This document shows positions 42,435-52,196 of a stretch of DNA of 64,000 nt, piece after piece. Source of the DNA: an uncultured bacterium (GTDB taxonomy: Bacteria; Desulfobacterota_D; UBA1144; Nemesobacterales; UBA2774); the NCBI GenBank assembly GCA_963825135.1, contig CAWGRW010000009.1, positions 1-64,000 on the forward strand. Reading direction: 5' to 3'. Each line of letters begins with the position of its first letter. The first letter of the stretch is position 1. The notes below the pieces were generated by a model. That model saw only the letters and a list, made by a program, of their open reading frames with translations, ran no database searches and was not told the origin of the DNA. The position numbers and the translations under genes are program-made.

Positions 42435-42821
42435 TCAGCAGTCGGGCAGGACGCCCATTTTCTTCTTCATGAGCTCGGCTATAGAGACAGAGCGCTCCTT
42501 AGCCTTCACGGCGGTCGGGCCCTCGAAGAGCTCGTCGATCGATCCGTGGAAGAGGTACAGCCACCTGTCGAAGTGCTGGCTCTTGAAAGGTATTTTTTTA
42601 TTCAGGTCCAGGTGCACGTTCATGGCCTGCGCCCCGCCCTGATAAACGGGGTTCTGGAACAGCACCGTTTCCCAGAAATCGCTTATCGCCGGAAGATGGC
42701 TCTTTAGGTCGATCCTGGCGTAAAAGGTGAAGATATAGCCGATGATCGGGTCATCCATCATGCGCTCGTAAAACGTCTCGACGAGCGTCTCTATGTCCTC
42801 TCTGTTCGTAATATCCTTCAT
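42435..42821 (-). CDS. Group III truncated haemoglobin
   Basis: DI..LV..FY, HLP.I.DFW, HFDRWL.LF..IDELF.G. Confidence 0.92.
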   Translation of the reverse strand: MKDITNREDIETLVETFYERMMDDPIIGYIFTFYARIDLKSHLPAISDFWETVLFQNPVYQGGAQAMNVHLDLNKKIPFKSQHFDRWLYLFHGSIDELFEGPTAVKAKERSVSIAELMKKKMGVLPDC

Positions 42822-43103
42822 GGCGGACTTAATCCTTCCCGGATGAATTGTACCAGATTCGCACCGCCCTGCACACACACACACATAGTGTGCTCTTACG
42901 ATTCTACCGAACCTTCTCAGTCCTGCCGGCATATCGTTTGTCCCAGGCGGCGCGCCGACTGTTCGCCCCGTATACCGGCTCCCGCATAGTCCCCCCCTCC
43001 CCCTAAAATCACCCTTTATTTCCAATGATCGTTTGTGTTAGACTTTAATCACGGGCTGTTTGGATTAATTGCCCCGTCCGGGCAATGGGGGGCTGGTAAT
43101 TTT

Positions 43104-45044
43104 ATGAGCGAGACATGTCTGGTCAGCATGCGGGAGATAGACGAAGAGTCCGTGCTCCGGAACCTTATGGAATGCACGGCCTCGGCGACGGGCGAGAGGT
43201 TCTTCTACTCGATCGTTGAAGGTCTCAGCAAGGCGCTCGGCACGGAAGGCGCCTGGTGCACCGTCCTCAACAAGGAAAAACACACGCTGCGCGCTCTCGC
43301 CTTCCTGATGCAGGGCGAGTGGTACGAGGACTACGAGTACGACTTCACCGGCAGCATATGCGAGGAAGTGATACTCGCGGACAAGCTCGTCCACCACCCG
43401 GACAACGTGATGGACATCTATCACGAGAGCGAAAAGCTCAAGTCCTTCAAGGCCGTGAGTTTCATGGGAGCGCCGCTCAAGGACAAGGACGGCGTCACGC
43501 TCGGCTATCTTTCGGTGCTCGATACCCGTCCCATCCCTCAGGAAAAGGGTCTCATAGGCATATTCAACATATTCGCCGACAGGGCCGCCGCCGAGCTCGC
43601 GCGGATACGCGCGGAAGCGACGATAAGAGAGCGCGAGGGGAAGCTCTCGAGCCTGTTCGAGTCCGCGATGGACTCGATTATAGAGCTCGACTCCGGCCTC
43701 GGGATAAACCTCGTCAATTCAGCCGCCGAAAAGCTGTTCGGCTTCGGAGCGGGGAGCCTCGCCGGGAACGACTTCACGCGCTTTCTCTCGAGGGAGAGCC
43801 GCGCAAAGCTCACGGAGATAATCAAGGACCTCCACATGCAGCCCGAGGAGAAAAGGTACCTCTGGATACCGGGCGGCCTCGAAGCAGTCACGTCCGGCGG
43901 GGTACGCTTCTCGGCGGAGGCGACCATATCCACATACGAAGCCGACGGCGGAGTCTTCTACACGCTCATACTCCGGAACGTGAACGAGCGCATCGAGGCC
44001 ACGAAGCGCATCCGCTCGCTCATGGACGCGGCGAAATATCTCGAGGAGGAAATAAAGGAGCTCGGGAACTTCGACGACATCATGGGATCGAGCGCCCCGA
44101 TACTCGATGTCATGCGGGACGTAAGTCAGGTGGCCGGGACGGACAGCACGGTGCTCATCCTGGGCGAGACCGGCACGGGAAAGGAAGTGATAGCGAGGGC
44201 GATACATAAATCGAGCAGGAGGGGCGAGAGGCCGCTCATAAAGGTCAACTGCGCCGCGATCCCGGCGCACCTGATAGAGAGCGAGTTCTTCGGGCACGAG
44301 GAGGGCGCGTTCACGGGCGCGACACGGAAGCGCGACGGCAGGTTCACGCTCGCCGACGGCGGCACCATATTCCTCGACGAGGTGGGCGAGCTCACGCTCG
44401 ACCTCCAGGCGAAGCTCCTGCGCGTGCTCCAGGAAGGGGAGTTCGAGCCCGTCGGCAGCTCGAGCACGAAGAAGGTGGACGTCCGGGTGCTCGCCGCCAC
44501 CAACCGCGACCTCAAAAAAAGCGTCGAGAAAGGCGAATTCCGCGAGGACCTCTACTACAGACTGAACGTATTCCCGATAAAGCTCCCGCCGCTCCGCGAA
44601 AGGGGGGACGACATCGCGCTATTCGCCAGGGCGTTCGCCGAGAAATTCGCCCGTAGGATTGGGCGGGAGTTCCACCCGCTGACGGACGACTGCATAAGGC
44701 TGTTGAAATCATACTCCTGGCCCGGAAACGTGAGGGAGCTACAGAACGTGATCGAGAGGGCGGTCATTACGTCCCAGGGAAAGCGCCTCGAGATTGCACG
44801 CGTATTCCCGGAAACTTCCGCGCGCCTCATCGACAAAGTCCCTTCCGCCGAAAAGCCCGCCGGGTCGATATTGACGATGGAAGAGATGATGAGCTTCGAG
44901 CGTGAGAACATACACAGGGCCCTGGCCGCGGCCTGCGGCAAGATATACGGCGAAGACGGCGCGGCCGCACTCCTGGGTATGAACCCCTCCACGCTCCGCT
45001 CCCGCATCAAGGCCCTGGGGATAAGAAAGGTAGACAACGACTGA
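43104..45044 (+). CDS. sigma54-dependent activator (GAF-PAS-AAA+-HTH, FhlA-like)
   Basis: GETGTGKE, ESEFFGHEEGAFTGA, WPGNVRELQN, C-terminal HTH. Confidence 0.95.
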   Translation: MSETCLVSMREIDEESVLRNLMECTASATGERFFYSIVEGLSKALGTEGAWCTVLNKEKHTLRALAFLMQGEWYEDYEYDFTGSICEEVILADKLVHHPDNVMDIYHESEKLKSFKAVSFMGAPLKDKDGVTLGYLSVLDTRPIPQEKGLIGIFNIFADRAAAELARIRAEATIREREGKLSSLFESAMDSIIELDSGLGINLVNSAAEKLFGFGAGSLAGNDFTRFLSRESRAKLTEIIKDLHMQPEEKRYLWIPGGLEAVTSGGVRFSAEATISTYEADGGVFYTLILRNVNERIEATKRIRSLMDAAKYLEEEIKELGNFDDIMGSSAPILDVMRDVSQVAGTDSTVLILGETGTGKEVIARAIHKSSRRGERPLIKVNCAAIPAHLIESEFFGHEEGAFTGATRKRDGRFTLADGGTIFLDEVGELTLDLQAKLLRVLQEGEFEPVGSSSTKKVDVRVLAATNRDLKKSVEKGEFREDLYYRLNVFPIKLPPLRERGDDIALFARAFAEKFARRIGREFHPLTDDCIRLLKSYSWPGNVRELQNVIERAVITSQGKRLEIARVFPETSARLIDKVPSAEKPAGSILTMEEMMSFERENIHRALAAACGKIYGEDGAAALLGMNPSTLRSRIKALGIRKVDND

Positions 45045-45055
45045 TGACAGCCGCG

Positions 45056-45110
45056 TAATCTCACGCTTATTCACTGTGAAATCTCACGCACCGCTTAATC
45101 TCACGATGTG
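45056..45110 (+). promoter_or_regulatory. Putative activator binding sites (three AATCTCACG, core GTGA-N4-TCAC)
   Basis: Motif block recurs at 47556-47590 at almost the same distance from a sigma54 promoter. Confidence 0.7.
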
Positions 45111-45173
45111 CATATCACACACCGATTCGCCTAATTTCCCGTAACGACTACATAAACTCTACAACCGAACGCG

Positions 45174-45188
45174 TGGCACTTTTTATGC
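45174..45188 (+). promoter_or_regulatory. sigma54 -24/-12 promoter
   Basis: TGGCACTTTTTATGC (GG-N10-GC). Confidence 0.8.
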
Positions 45189-45229
45189 GCCTATAACCTT
45201 CAAAATCTATTTTTGAGGAGGTAGTAGCC

Positions 45230-45580
45230 ATGAAAAGATTTAGCTTGTTCGTATTGTCAGTTTTGATATGCGGGATGGTTTTGACAGGGTTTTCAACGGT
45301 TCCCTCTTTTGCCGCCGGTGAGGATGTAATCGTGCAGGGCAATGTCATATGCCTCGTATACGACAAGAAGGGAAACGTCACGCCGATGATCGCTACGGGG
45401 CCCTGTGACGGCTATCCGCCGCACCAGCACATCCTGGTCACCAAAGATGGGACCGTTTATTCACTCCAGGGACTCGAGGACGGTTTGGTGAAGATAGCCA
45501 AGATGCCCCAGAGAACCGATGTGCAGGTTAAAGGCAAGATTCAGGGGAATCAGTACGGCTGGGTTCTCGTAGTTGACTAA
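45230..45580 (+). CDS. Secreted hypothetical protein
   Basis: Signal peptide, GAGGAGG RBS, G.VICL...C. Confidence 0.8.
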   Translation: MKRFSLFVLSVLICGMVLTGFSTVPSFAAGEDVIVQGNVICLVYDKKGNVTPMIATGPCDGYPPHQHILVTKDGTVYSLQGLEDGLVKIAKMPQRTDVQVKGKIQGNQYGWVLVVD

Positions 45581-45593
45581 ATTAAATTTATAG

Positions 45594-45623
45594 AGGAGAG
45601 ATCACGCATCTCTCCTCTTTTTT
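45594..45623 (+). terminator. Rho-independent terminator-like hairpin inside the operon
   Basis: aggagagat...atctctcct followed by a T tract. Confidence 0.55.
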
Positions 45624-45692
45624 CAGTAATCTCGTTATTAACATTCCGGCCCTGGCCGGAGAAGTAAAAAACTCAAGAGGAGGTATTAAGAA

Positions 45693-46103
45693 ATGAAGAA
45701 AGTCTATCTATACGGTATTTGTTATGTACTTTTGGTCATCGTCCTCTCCGTCCTTTCTATTTCTTTCTACGCGGCAGCCCGGGAAGGCGCGCTCGACGGC
45801 AAAACATTCGCAGGCGATATGGGAGAAAAGGGTAAGGAAACGGGCGATAAGGACGAGCTGGTTTTCAAAGACGGGAAGTTCCACTCAGTCGCGTGCGAGA
45901 AGTACGGTTTCGGAGACGCTCCTTATACGGCCGCGGTCAGCGGTGACGCGACTACATTCGAGGCCGACACCGTAAGCGCGAAGGAAGGCAAGATGCACTG
46001 GACGGGGACGATGAAGGACGGCGAGCTCGCAGGCTCGGCCGTGTGGACAAAAGAAGGCCAGGCTCCCATCGAGTACTGGTTCACGACGCAGTTGAAGAAA
46101 TGA
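45693..46103 (+). CDS. Secreted hypothetical protein
   Basis: Signal peptide; LDGKTF, F.DG.FHS.AC..YGF. Confidence 0.8.
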   Translation: MKKVYLYGICYVLLVIVLSVLSISFYAAAREGALDGKTFAGDMGEKGKETGDKDELVFKDGKFHSVACEKYGFGDAPYTAAVSGDATTFEADTVSAKEGKMHWTGTMKDGELAGSAVWTKEGQAPIEYWFTTQLKK

Positions 46104-46163
46104 ACTTGAAATCAGGTCAAAGTAGCTTTGCTTTAGTCGTAAAAAAACATTAGGAGGTGTGTA

Positions 46164-46832
46164 ATGATGTTAGAACTTAAATCGAAGTACGCAGCTTGCG
46201 TATTATTTCTTTCCGTAGTGGTCTTCCTCGGCTGGACCCCGGCCGGTTATTCGGAATCCGAAGAGGCTCAGACCGCCGTTACAGTCAACGGTTTGAATGC
46301 CACCGCGCTCAACGGTCTTATCGATGCCATGAAGAAGAACCCTGACAAGGGACGGGTCACATTTTATTCCAAATCCCGCTGGCAGGACGGCATGAGGAGC
46401 TTTACCGGCTTTACAGGGTATAAGATTGACGGATCGATGGTTCACGAAAAGACCCGTCAATTCGTGCTTCTCGGAGACGAAGCGGTCGAGCTGAGCGGGA
46501 CCGATGCCGCCCCCGGAGCCGTCGAAGAGCTTATGTATGCCGTGTCCACCTGCGTGATCGCGGCAGCCAATATGAACGCCGCTTTGATGGGGGTTAAATT
46601 GACCCGCCTGGACGTGGACATAGAAAGCGACCTGGATCTGCACGGTCTTTTGGGACTCGATCCGAACGTCAGGGCGGGCGTGACGAACATGCGGATGGGA
46701 ATTACAATAGCGGGCGATGCGGATGAAGCGACGCTCAAAAAGATTGCGACTCTCGGCTACCAGTATTCTCCGGTTTCCGAAACCACCCGGAACGGAATTA
46801 AATTCACCCCCGTAATAACAGTGGCCAAGTAG
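46164..46832 (+). CDS. OsmC family protein with N-terminal signal peptide
   Basis: DE...L.G.D.AP..VE.L..A...C, DLDL.GLLG, SPV. Confidence 0.85.
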   Translation: MMLELKSKYAACVLFLSVVVFLGWTPAGYSESEEAQTAVTVNGLNATALNGLIDAMKKNPDKGRVTFYSKSRWQDGMRSFTGFTGYKIDGSMVHEKTRQFVLLGDEAVELSGTDAAPGAVEELMYAVSTCVIAAANMNAALMGVKLTRLDVDIESDLDLHGLLGLDPNVRAGVTNMRMGITIAGDADEATLKKIATLGYQYSPVSETTRNGIKFTPVITVAK

Positions 46833-46866
46833 TCGGGACGGATCACTCAAGCAACTGGATCGCGGA

Positions 46867-46899
46867 ATTGCACCGGGCCTGTCTCAGGCCCGGTGCAAT
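46867..46899. terminator. Hairpin terminator between convergent genes
   Basis: attgcaccgggcct...aggcccggtgcaat. Confidence 0.75.
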
Positions 46900-47061
46900 C
46901 TATTTTACCGTCATTTCTTTTCCTGTCATTCCCGAGTGCTTAATACGTGTGTGTCTTTTCATCAAGGAAAAGAAGAAAGAATATTCGCCTTTTGCTTAGT
47001 CTTTACGCAATCGGCATATCCGTGTGCGACTATAAAAAAACCCGGAGCGCAGAACCCATAA

Positions 47062-47328
47062 TCACTTCTTCAGAATCTCGGCCATAGTCAGCGAGGAAAC
47101 GGGGGTAATGGACGATGTGCACGTCATCATTCCCGGCTCCAGGAACTTTACGACCTTATCGTAGCTGTCGGTCTCGACGACATAGATAATCGTATGGGAC
47201 CCGTGCTCGACATAGACGTTTTTGAGCGCGAGCCCTTTCACCTTCTCGTTTATCAGCACCTTTCTGAATCCGCCTATGTCCTTGGGACAGTCCTGCGGGT
47301 CGTGCAGCTGTGTAATCATGAATTGCAT
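47062..47328 (-). CDS. Small hypothetical protein
   Basis: 88-aa ORF, GGAGG RBS, H.P..CP motif. Confidence 0.75.
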   Translation of the reverse strand: MQFMITQLHDPQDCPKDIGGFRKVLINEKVKGLALKNVYVEHGSHTIIYVVETDSYDKVVKFLEPGMMTCTSSITPVSSLTMAEILKK

Positions 47329-47555
47329 TCTTAACCTCCCTCGTGCGAGCTTTTAACTGATATTATAGTCTGCATATTTGATGCCATCGAGCTATCCGCC
47401 GCAACTCTCACCGATAATTCATTTTCATCTATATGCACCTAAGCGTAATCGATGAGACTGTCCGCTTCCATGACAATTTTCCGAATGGTATTGCCAGCCC
47501 CTGCCATAATGTTGATACTTGGTAGCCAAAACGTTATATTTCACCGATAAGCGCC

Positions 47556-47669
47556 GTGAAATCTCACGTTCCGCTAAATCTCACGGTGTGCGATATTGCA
47601 CGACAATACTCGTAATCATCCGTCTTCACAGAATAATCTAATGTTCTATTTAACTGGCACGGTTCGTGC
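47556..47669 (+). promoter_or_regulatory. Second activator site block plus sigma54 promoter
   Basis: GTGAAATCTCACG..CCGCT.AATCTCACG.TGTGC at 47556; TGGCACGGTTCGTGC at 47655-47669. Confidence 0.8.
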
Positions 47670-47713
47670 ACTATACAGATTCAAAATCAATCTTCAACCA
47701 GGAGGTAGTTAAG

Positions 47714-48776
47714 ATGTCGATAGATAACGATAAACTGCACGAGCTGCTTAGTGAAGGCAGTAGTGGATTTCGGGGCCACGTTCCACGCGGCCCTGGTGGT
47801 GATAGGCGACAAGCTCGGGCTTTACAAGGCGCTCGCGGCGAGCCGGGTCCGCTCACCCCCGGCCGAGCTCGCGGAAAAGACCGGCACGTCCGAGCGCTAC
47901 GTGAGGGAATGGCTCTCATGCCAGGCGGCGGGCGGATACGTTACTTACGACCCGGAGACGAAGAAGTTCCATCTCTCCGAAGAGCAGGCGTTCATGCTCG
48001 CCGACGAGACGAGCCCGGCGTTCGTCCCCGGCGCGTTTCAGGTCGCGGTATCGTCGGTCAAGTCGCAATCCGAGATCGAAGAGCGGTTCCGCACCGGGAA
48101 AGGGTTCGGATGGCACGAGCACGATCACGGTCTGTTCGAGGGGACGGAGCGTTTCTTCAGGCCGAATTACGCCGCTAACCTGGTGAGCTCCTGGATACCC
48201 GCGTTAAACGGCACCGAGGCGAAGCTCAAAAGCGGCGCGCTCGTCGCCGACGTAGGGTGCGGGCACGGGGCTTCGACGATTCTCATGGCGAAGACCTATC
48301 CCAACTCCAGGTTCATAGGCTACGACTATCACAAGCCCTCGATAGAGTGGGCGAGGAAGGCGGCTGCCGACGCCGGCGTCGCGGGCAATACGTCCTTCGA
48401 GGTCGCTGCCTCTAAAAACTATCCGGGCACCGACTTCGACCTCGTCACGTCCTTCGACTGCCTGCACGACATGGGCGACCCGGTGGGCGCGTCGGCTCAC
48501 GTGCTGAAGTCCCTCTCGAAGGACGGAGCGTGGATGATCGTCGAGCCCTTCGCCAACGACAAGCTCGAGGACAACCTCAACCCGGTCGGCAGGGCGTACT
48601 ACGGGGCGTCTACACTCATCTGCACCCCGGCTTCGCTCTCTCAGGAGGTAGGCGCGGCGTTAGGCGCGCAGGCCGGAGAGACGCGTCTCAGGGAAGTGGT
48701 CACGAAAGGCGGGTTTAAACAGTTCAGAAGGGCGTCCGAAACGCCGTTTAACCTCATATTCGAAGCCAAGCCGTAA
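47714..48776 (+). CDS. Class I SAM methyltransferase with N-terminal wHTH (Rv2258c-like); one frameshift near 47750
   Basis: GDKLGLY, ERYVREWL, VADVGCGHG, FDCLHDMGDP, GAQAGE. Confidence 0.92.
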
Positions 48777-48883
48777 ACATCGAACACGATAAATATCCCA
48801 TCACCCATACATGAAATTCCCTCCCCTCGTCACGGGGGGAGGGCGCGGGTGGGGGGCACCTTTCTTTTCCCGTCATTGCGAGG

Positions 48884-48969
48884 AATGGTTCTGAGCAAGC
48901 GTAAGAACCGGTCGCTAATGGCTGATTGCATATGAGGATGTTATCTCTGCGCCACACCGTACTAAACCG
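48884..48969 (+). mobile_element. ~86-nt stem-loop insert (AAT head variant)
   Basis: Interrupts gtcattgcgagg|cgac.gcggcaatct; empty site at about 24326-24358. Confidence 0.65.
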
Positions 48970-49084
48970 GCGACCGCGGCAATCTCCTCTTTTTTCCTTT
49001 CCCCCGACATTACAGAAAAGGGCCCGTCACAGCCCCCTAAATCCCCTCTTCCCCTCCGTACTTTATCCATTACACTATTACCTT

Positions 49085-49783
49085 ATGCAGGAGAAATTCG
49101 ATCCGGTCAAGCGTTTCAACGAAAGGGCGACCGTATACGACGCGGATATATTGAACATAATCCCCGGATACGAGGCGCTGCACACGAACGCGCTCCATCT
49201 GCTCGAAACCTCGCTGCCCGAGGACGCGTTTCTCCTCGTGGCGGGCGTGGGAACGGGGAACGAGACGGCTGCCGCCGCGCTCCGCAATCCGGAGTGGCGT
49301 ATAACGGGGTTCGACATCGCGGAGAACATGATAAAGACCGCCTCCGATAAGATTAAGAGGCACGGCCTCGAGGACAGGGTCGAGCTCATACACGGCACGC
49401 TCGACGACGTCCTCCAGGAGTCTTTCGACGGGGCGACCGCGCTCCTCATAATGCACTTCATCCCCTACGAGGAGAAGCTCGATTTCCTGAGGGGGATAAA
49501 CCTCAGGCTCAGGCCGGGCGGCATGCTCATAACGGCCGACTTCACGTGCGACAGGGAATCCTACGAGTTCGAAACCTTCGCGACAGCGTGGGAGGCGTTC
49601 ATGCTCACGACGACGGAAAAGAAGGACGTCGAGGAGAGGCTTGGGCACACCCGCCGCGACCTCGACATACTCTCTCACGAAGAGACCCTGGAGCTGCTCG
49701 ACAGGGCCGGGTTCACGGACGCGCGCCTGTTCTGGAAATCCCTCATCTTCAGCGCATATATATCGGAAAAGGCGGATTTATAA
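49085..49783 (+). CDS. Class I SAM-dependent methyltransferase
   Basis: IPGY..LH, LVAGVGTG.E, L.MHF, L.PGG.L. Confidence 0.9.
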   Translation: MQEKFDPVKRFNERATVYDADILNIIPGYEALHTNALHLLETSLPEDAFLLVAGVGTGNETAAAALRNPEWRITGFDIAENMIKTASDKIKRHGLEDRVELIHGTLDDVLQESFDGATALLIMHFIPYEEKLDFLRGINLRLRPGGMLITADFTCDRESYEFETFATAWEAFMLTTTEKKDVEERLGHTRRDLDILSHEETLELLDRAGFTDARLFWKSLIFSAYISEKADL

Positions 49784-49921
49784 AATAATTGCGACCCGTC
49801 ATATCCTTTGCCGCTCCCGTGTGCCTTCATCGGGAATCCGGTTCTTTGTATCGTCATTGCAACTATCGTGAACAAGTGATTAATCGTTTCGGGAACGATA
49901 AGCTCAGGCCAATTCCGCGCC

Positions 49922-50620
49922 TCAGAACTCGTACCCCAGGAGCTCTATCTCCCGGCTGAAGAGCTTCCCGACGGCGTCTCTCCGGGCGGGGGTATAGACC
50001 TCTCTGTAGGGCCTCCGGTCCTGCCTGTAGTGCGATTTCTCGGTCGCCCCGAGCGAGCCCCCGAACGGCACGCCCAGCATGCCGAACACGTCCGCCAGCT
50101 CTTCATTCAGGTTTTCGTACCTGAGCACGCGGTCTACGATTATCCTGCCGTCGAGGTCCGTGTATTTCGTATAGTTATACGGAAGGTCGGCGACTTCGAG
50201 GTATTTCTCGAACGATATATTCTCGTCGTACTTTTTATAACGCTGCCTCACGAAGTGATAGTGGGACAGCGCCTTGTCCCAGGGGTTTCTCTCTACGGTG
50301 AATTTGAAGTAGCTGTCCCAGATTTCGCGGGGGATCCTGTCTCTCACCTCGCGCGCCTTTATGTGCGACTGGAATTTTTTGAGCGTGAAGAAGCGCCCGA
50401 GCGTCCTGAGCGCCTGGGGGAGGTTCTTCCTCTCGGAAAGCTCCGGGAGCGGGTTGAAGAGCCCCCTGTAATTACGGGGCGTGTACGGCTGCTCCGGCCT
50501 GTCTATGGGCGAGAGAATGTCCTTCTCGCCGCAGAGATGGGAGAGGTATATCTGTATGCTCGACCCGGCCGTCTTTCTCGTCTTGATGAATATGAATTTA
50601 TATTTATGGGAAAGTACCAT
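49922..50620 (-). CDS. Sulfotransferase family 2 protein
   Basis: FIFIKT.KTAGSS (PAPS loop), ERNPWD..LS, RYENL. Confidence 0.88.
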   Translation of the reverse strand: MVLSHKYKFIFIKTRKTAGSSIQIYLSHLCGEKDILSPIDRPEQPYTPRNYRGLFNPLPELSERKNLPQALRTLGRFFTLKKFQSHIKAREVRDRIPREIWDSYFKFTVERNPWDKALSHYHFVRQRYKKYDENISFEKYLEVADLPYNYTKYTDLDGRIIVDRVLRYENLNEELADVFGMLGVPFGGSLGATEKSHYRQDRRPYREVYTPARRDAVGKLFSREIELLGYEF

Positions 50621-50819
50621 ATGCCGCCCATCGAAATTCTACCACGAGGAAGAATATTCCGCGACTGCGGCAATCTCGCCTTTTCTTCCCCCGACATTAC
50701 AGAATTTGCGGCGGGCACACACAATGTGTGCTCATATACGATCCTCCCGTAACTCCTCGGCCATCGCCAGGGAATGAGCCCAACCCGTTCGTGCTGAGCT
50801 AGTCGAAGGGTGATTATTT

Positions 50820-50938
50820 CCGACATTACAGAATTTGCGTGAAGAAAATCGCGTGTTTAAGCGTAAAGAAATCTTTGAGCAGTCCAATTGAAAGATTTTA
50901 GCTTAAACATAAGATTTTTAGCACAATTCTGTAGTCGG
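50820..50938 (+). repeat. LH repeat copy 11 (variant)
   Basis: tgtttaagc/gcttaaaca internal variant. Confidence 0.9.
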
Positions 50939-51229
50939 ATGATTTTTGCTTCTTTTCATCAAGGAAAAGAAGGATAAATAAAACAGCCTTTCACCTTTCT
51001 TTGTCTTTTCGAAAGACCACACTATGTGTGTGGTTTTTTGTATCAAAATAATATTCTCCGATGGATGACGGAGATGCGGGAGTTTATCACCCCCACCTAT
51101 ATCCTCCCCCCTCAAGGGGGAGGAAAATAATACGGATCGCGGCTGGAAGCCGCTCCTGCATGTAATGGGGATGGTCGTGTGACGAGCGGCAGCCTTAGAA
51201 TAAACTCAATGCGGCAACCCCGCCCTGCC

Positions 51230-51610
51230 TCAGCTGCTGTAAACCCTGCCCCTGTCCCCTATGATCAGCGGGACGGGCTTCGCTTCGGGGTATGAGGCGA
51301 GCTCCGCCTCGTCGTAGCTCGAGTGGAGGTTAACGAACGAGAGCACATCTCCGGGGCCCCATTCGCTCGAGCACCAGAGCGTGTCGCCCCCCGAGTAGCC
51401 CGATACGTCTTCGGGCTCTATGTGGAGCTTCCTCGGAGACTGGTTCCTGAACGCCTCCGCCTTTTTCCTCTCGAAAAATACGGCGGTGAGGACCCTATTG
51501 GAGAACCTGTCGATATGAAGGACACAGTAAAATGTCGCCGTGCCGCGCCCCTTGCGGGGCTTCTGCGCGGGATCGCCCGCGCTTAACGTGTGTTTTTTTG
51601 TTTCTATCAT
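51230..51610 (-). CDS. Hypothetical protein
   Basis: 126-aa ORF with genome-like codon usage. Confidence 0.6.
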   Translation of the reverse strand: MIETKKHTLSAGDPAQKPRKGRGTATFYCVLHIDRFSNRVLTAVFFERKKAEAFRNQSPRKLHIEPEDVSGYSGGDTLWCSSEWGPGDVLSFVNLHSSYDEAELASYPEAKPVPLIIGDRGRVYSS

Positions 51611-52196
51611 ACGTGAGAGTATAGCCGACGCCTGTTAAGAAAATATTAAGACGGGGTGAGTTTTTGGTCATACCCGTTGCATGCGGATACATCCCTCCCA
51701 GCGGAACATTCATTTCAATTTACTACGCCTTTGAAGGGGAACGAATGTGAGGAATTGGTCGCCCCCTGGTTGATTACAAATTAAGTCACTGTATCGTTGC
51801 GCTTCCGCAACACAAGTCAAAATGAATCGGGAACCCATTTCTCTGTCCCTCTTGCTCTCCTTATCAAAGACAAAGACTAAATCCCCCTGAATTTGGTTTT
51901 AATAACTTTGCCGCTTCAATTAAGCGACTTCTTTGCTATCACCCAACTCCAACCAATTCCTCACACGTTCGGATTTGTTCCCCTTTTTCTAAGGGGGAAA
52001 TTGTAATCTACGCTTTCTCCTTTAATTCCCTCCTTAGGAAAAGGAGGGTTAGGGAGGATTTTATTGATTGTCCTTCTTCGACGCCTTGTCTTTCCCGGCC
52101 TTCCCGGCCCGAACCAGCCTCAGGATGGTTATTTGCGTAAATTCCTGTAAAATATCTGTCTGAAATTCCTGACTAGCGGGTGGCGTAAGACCGGAT

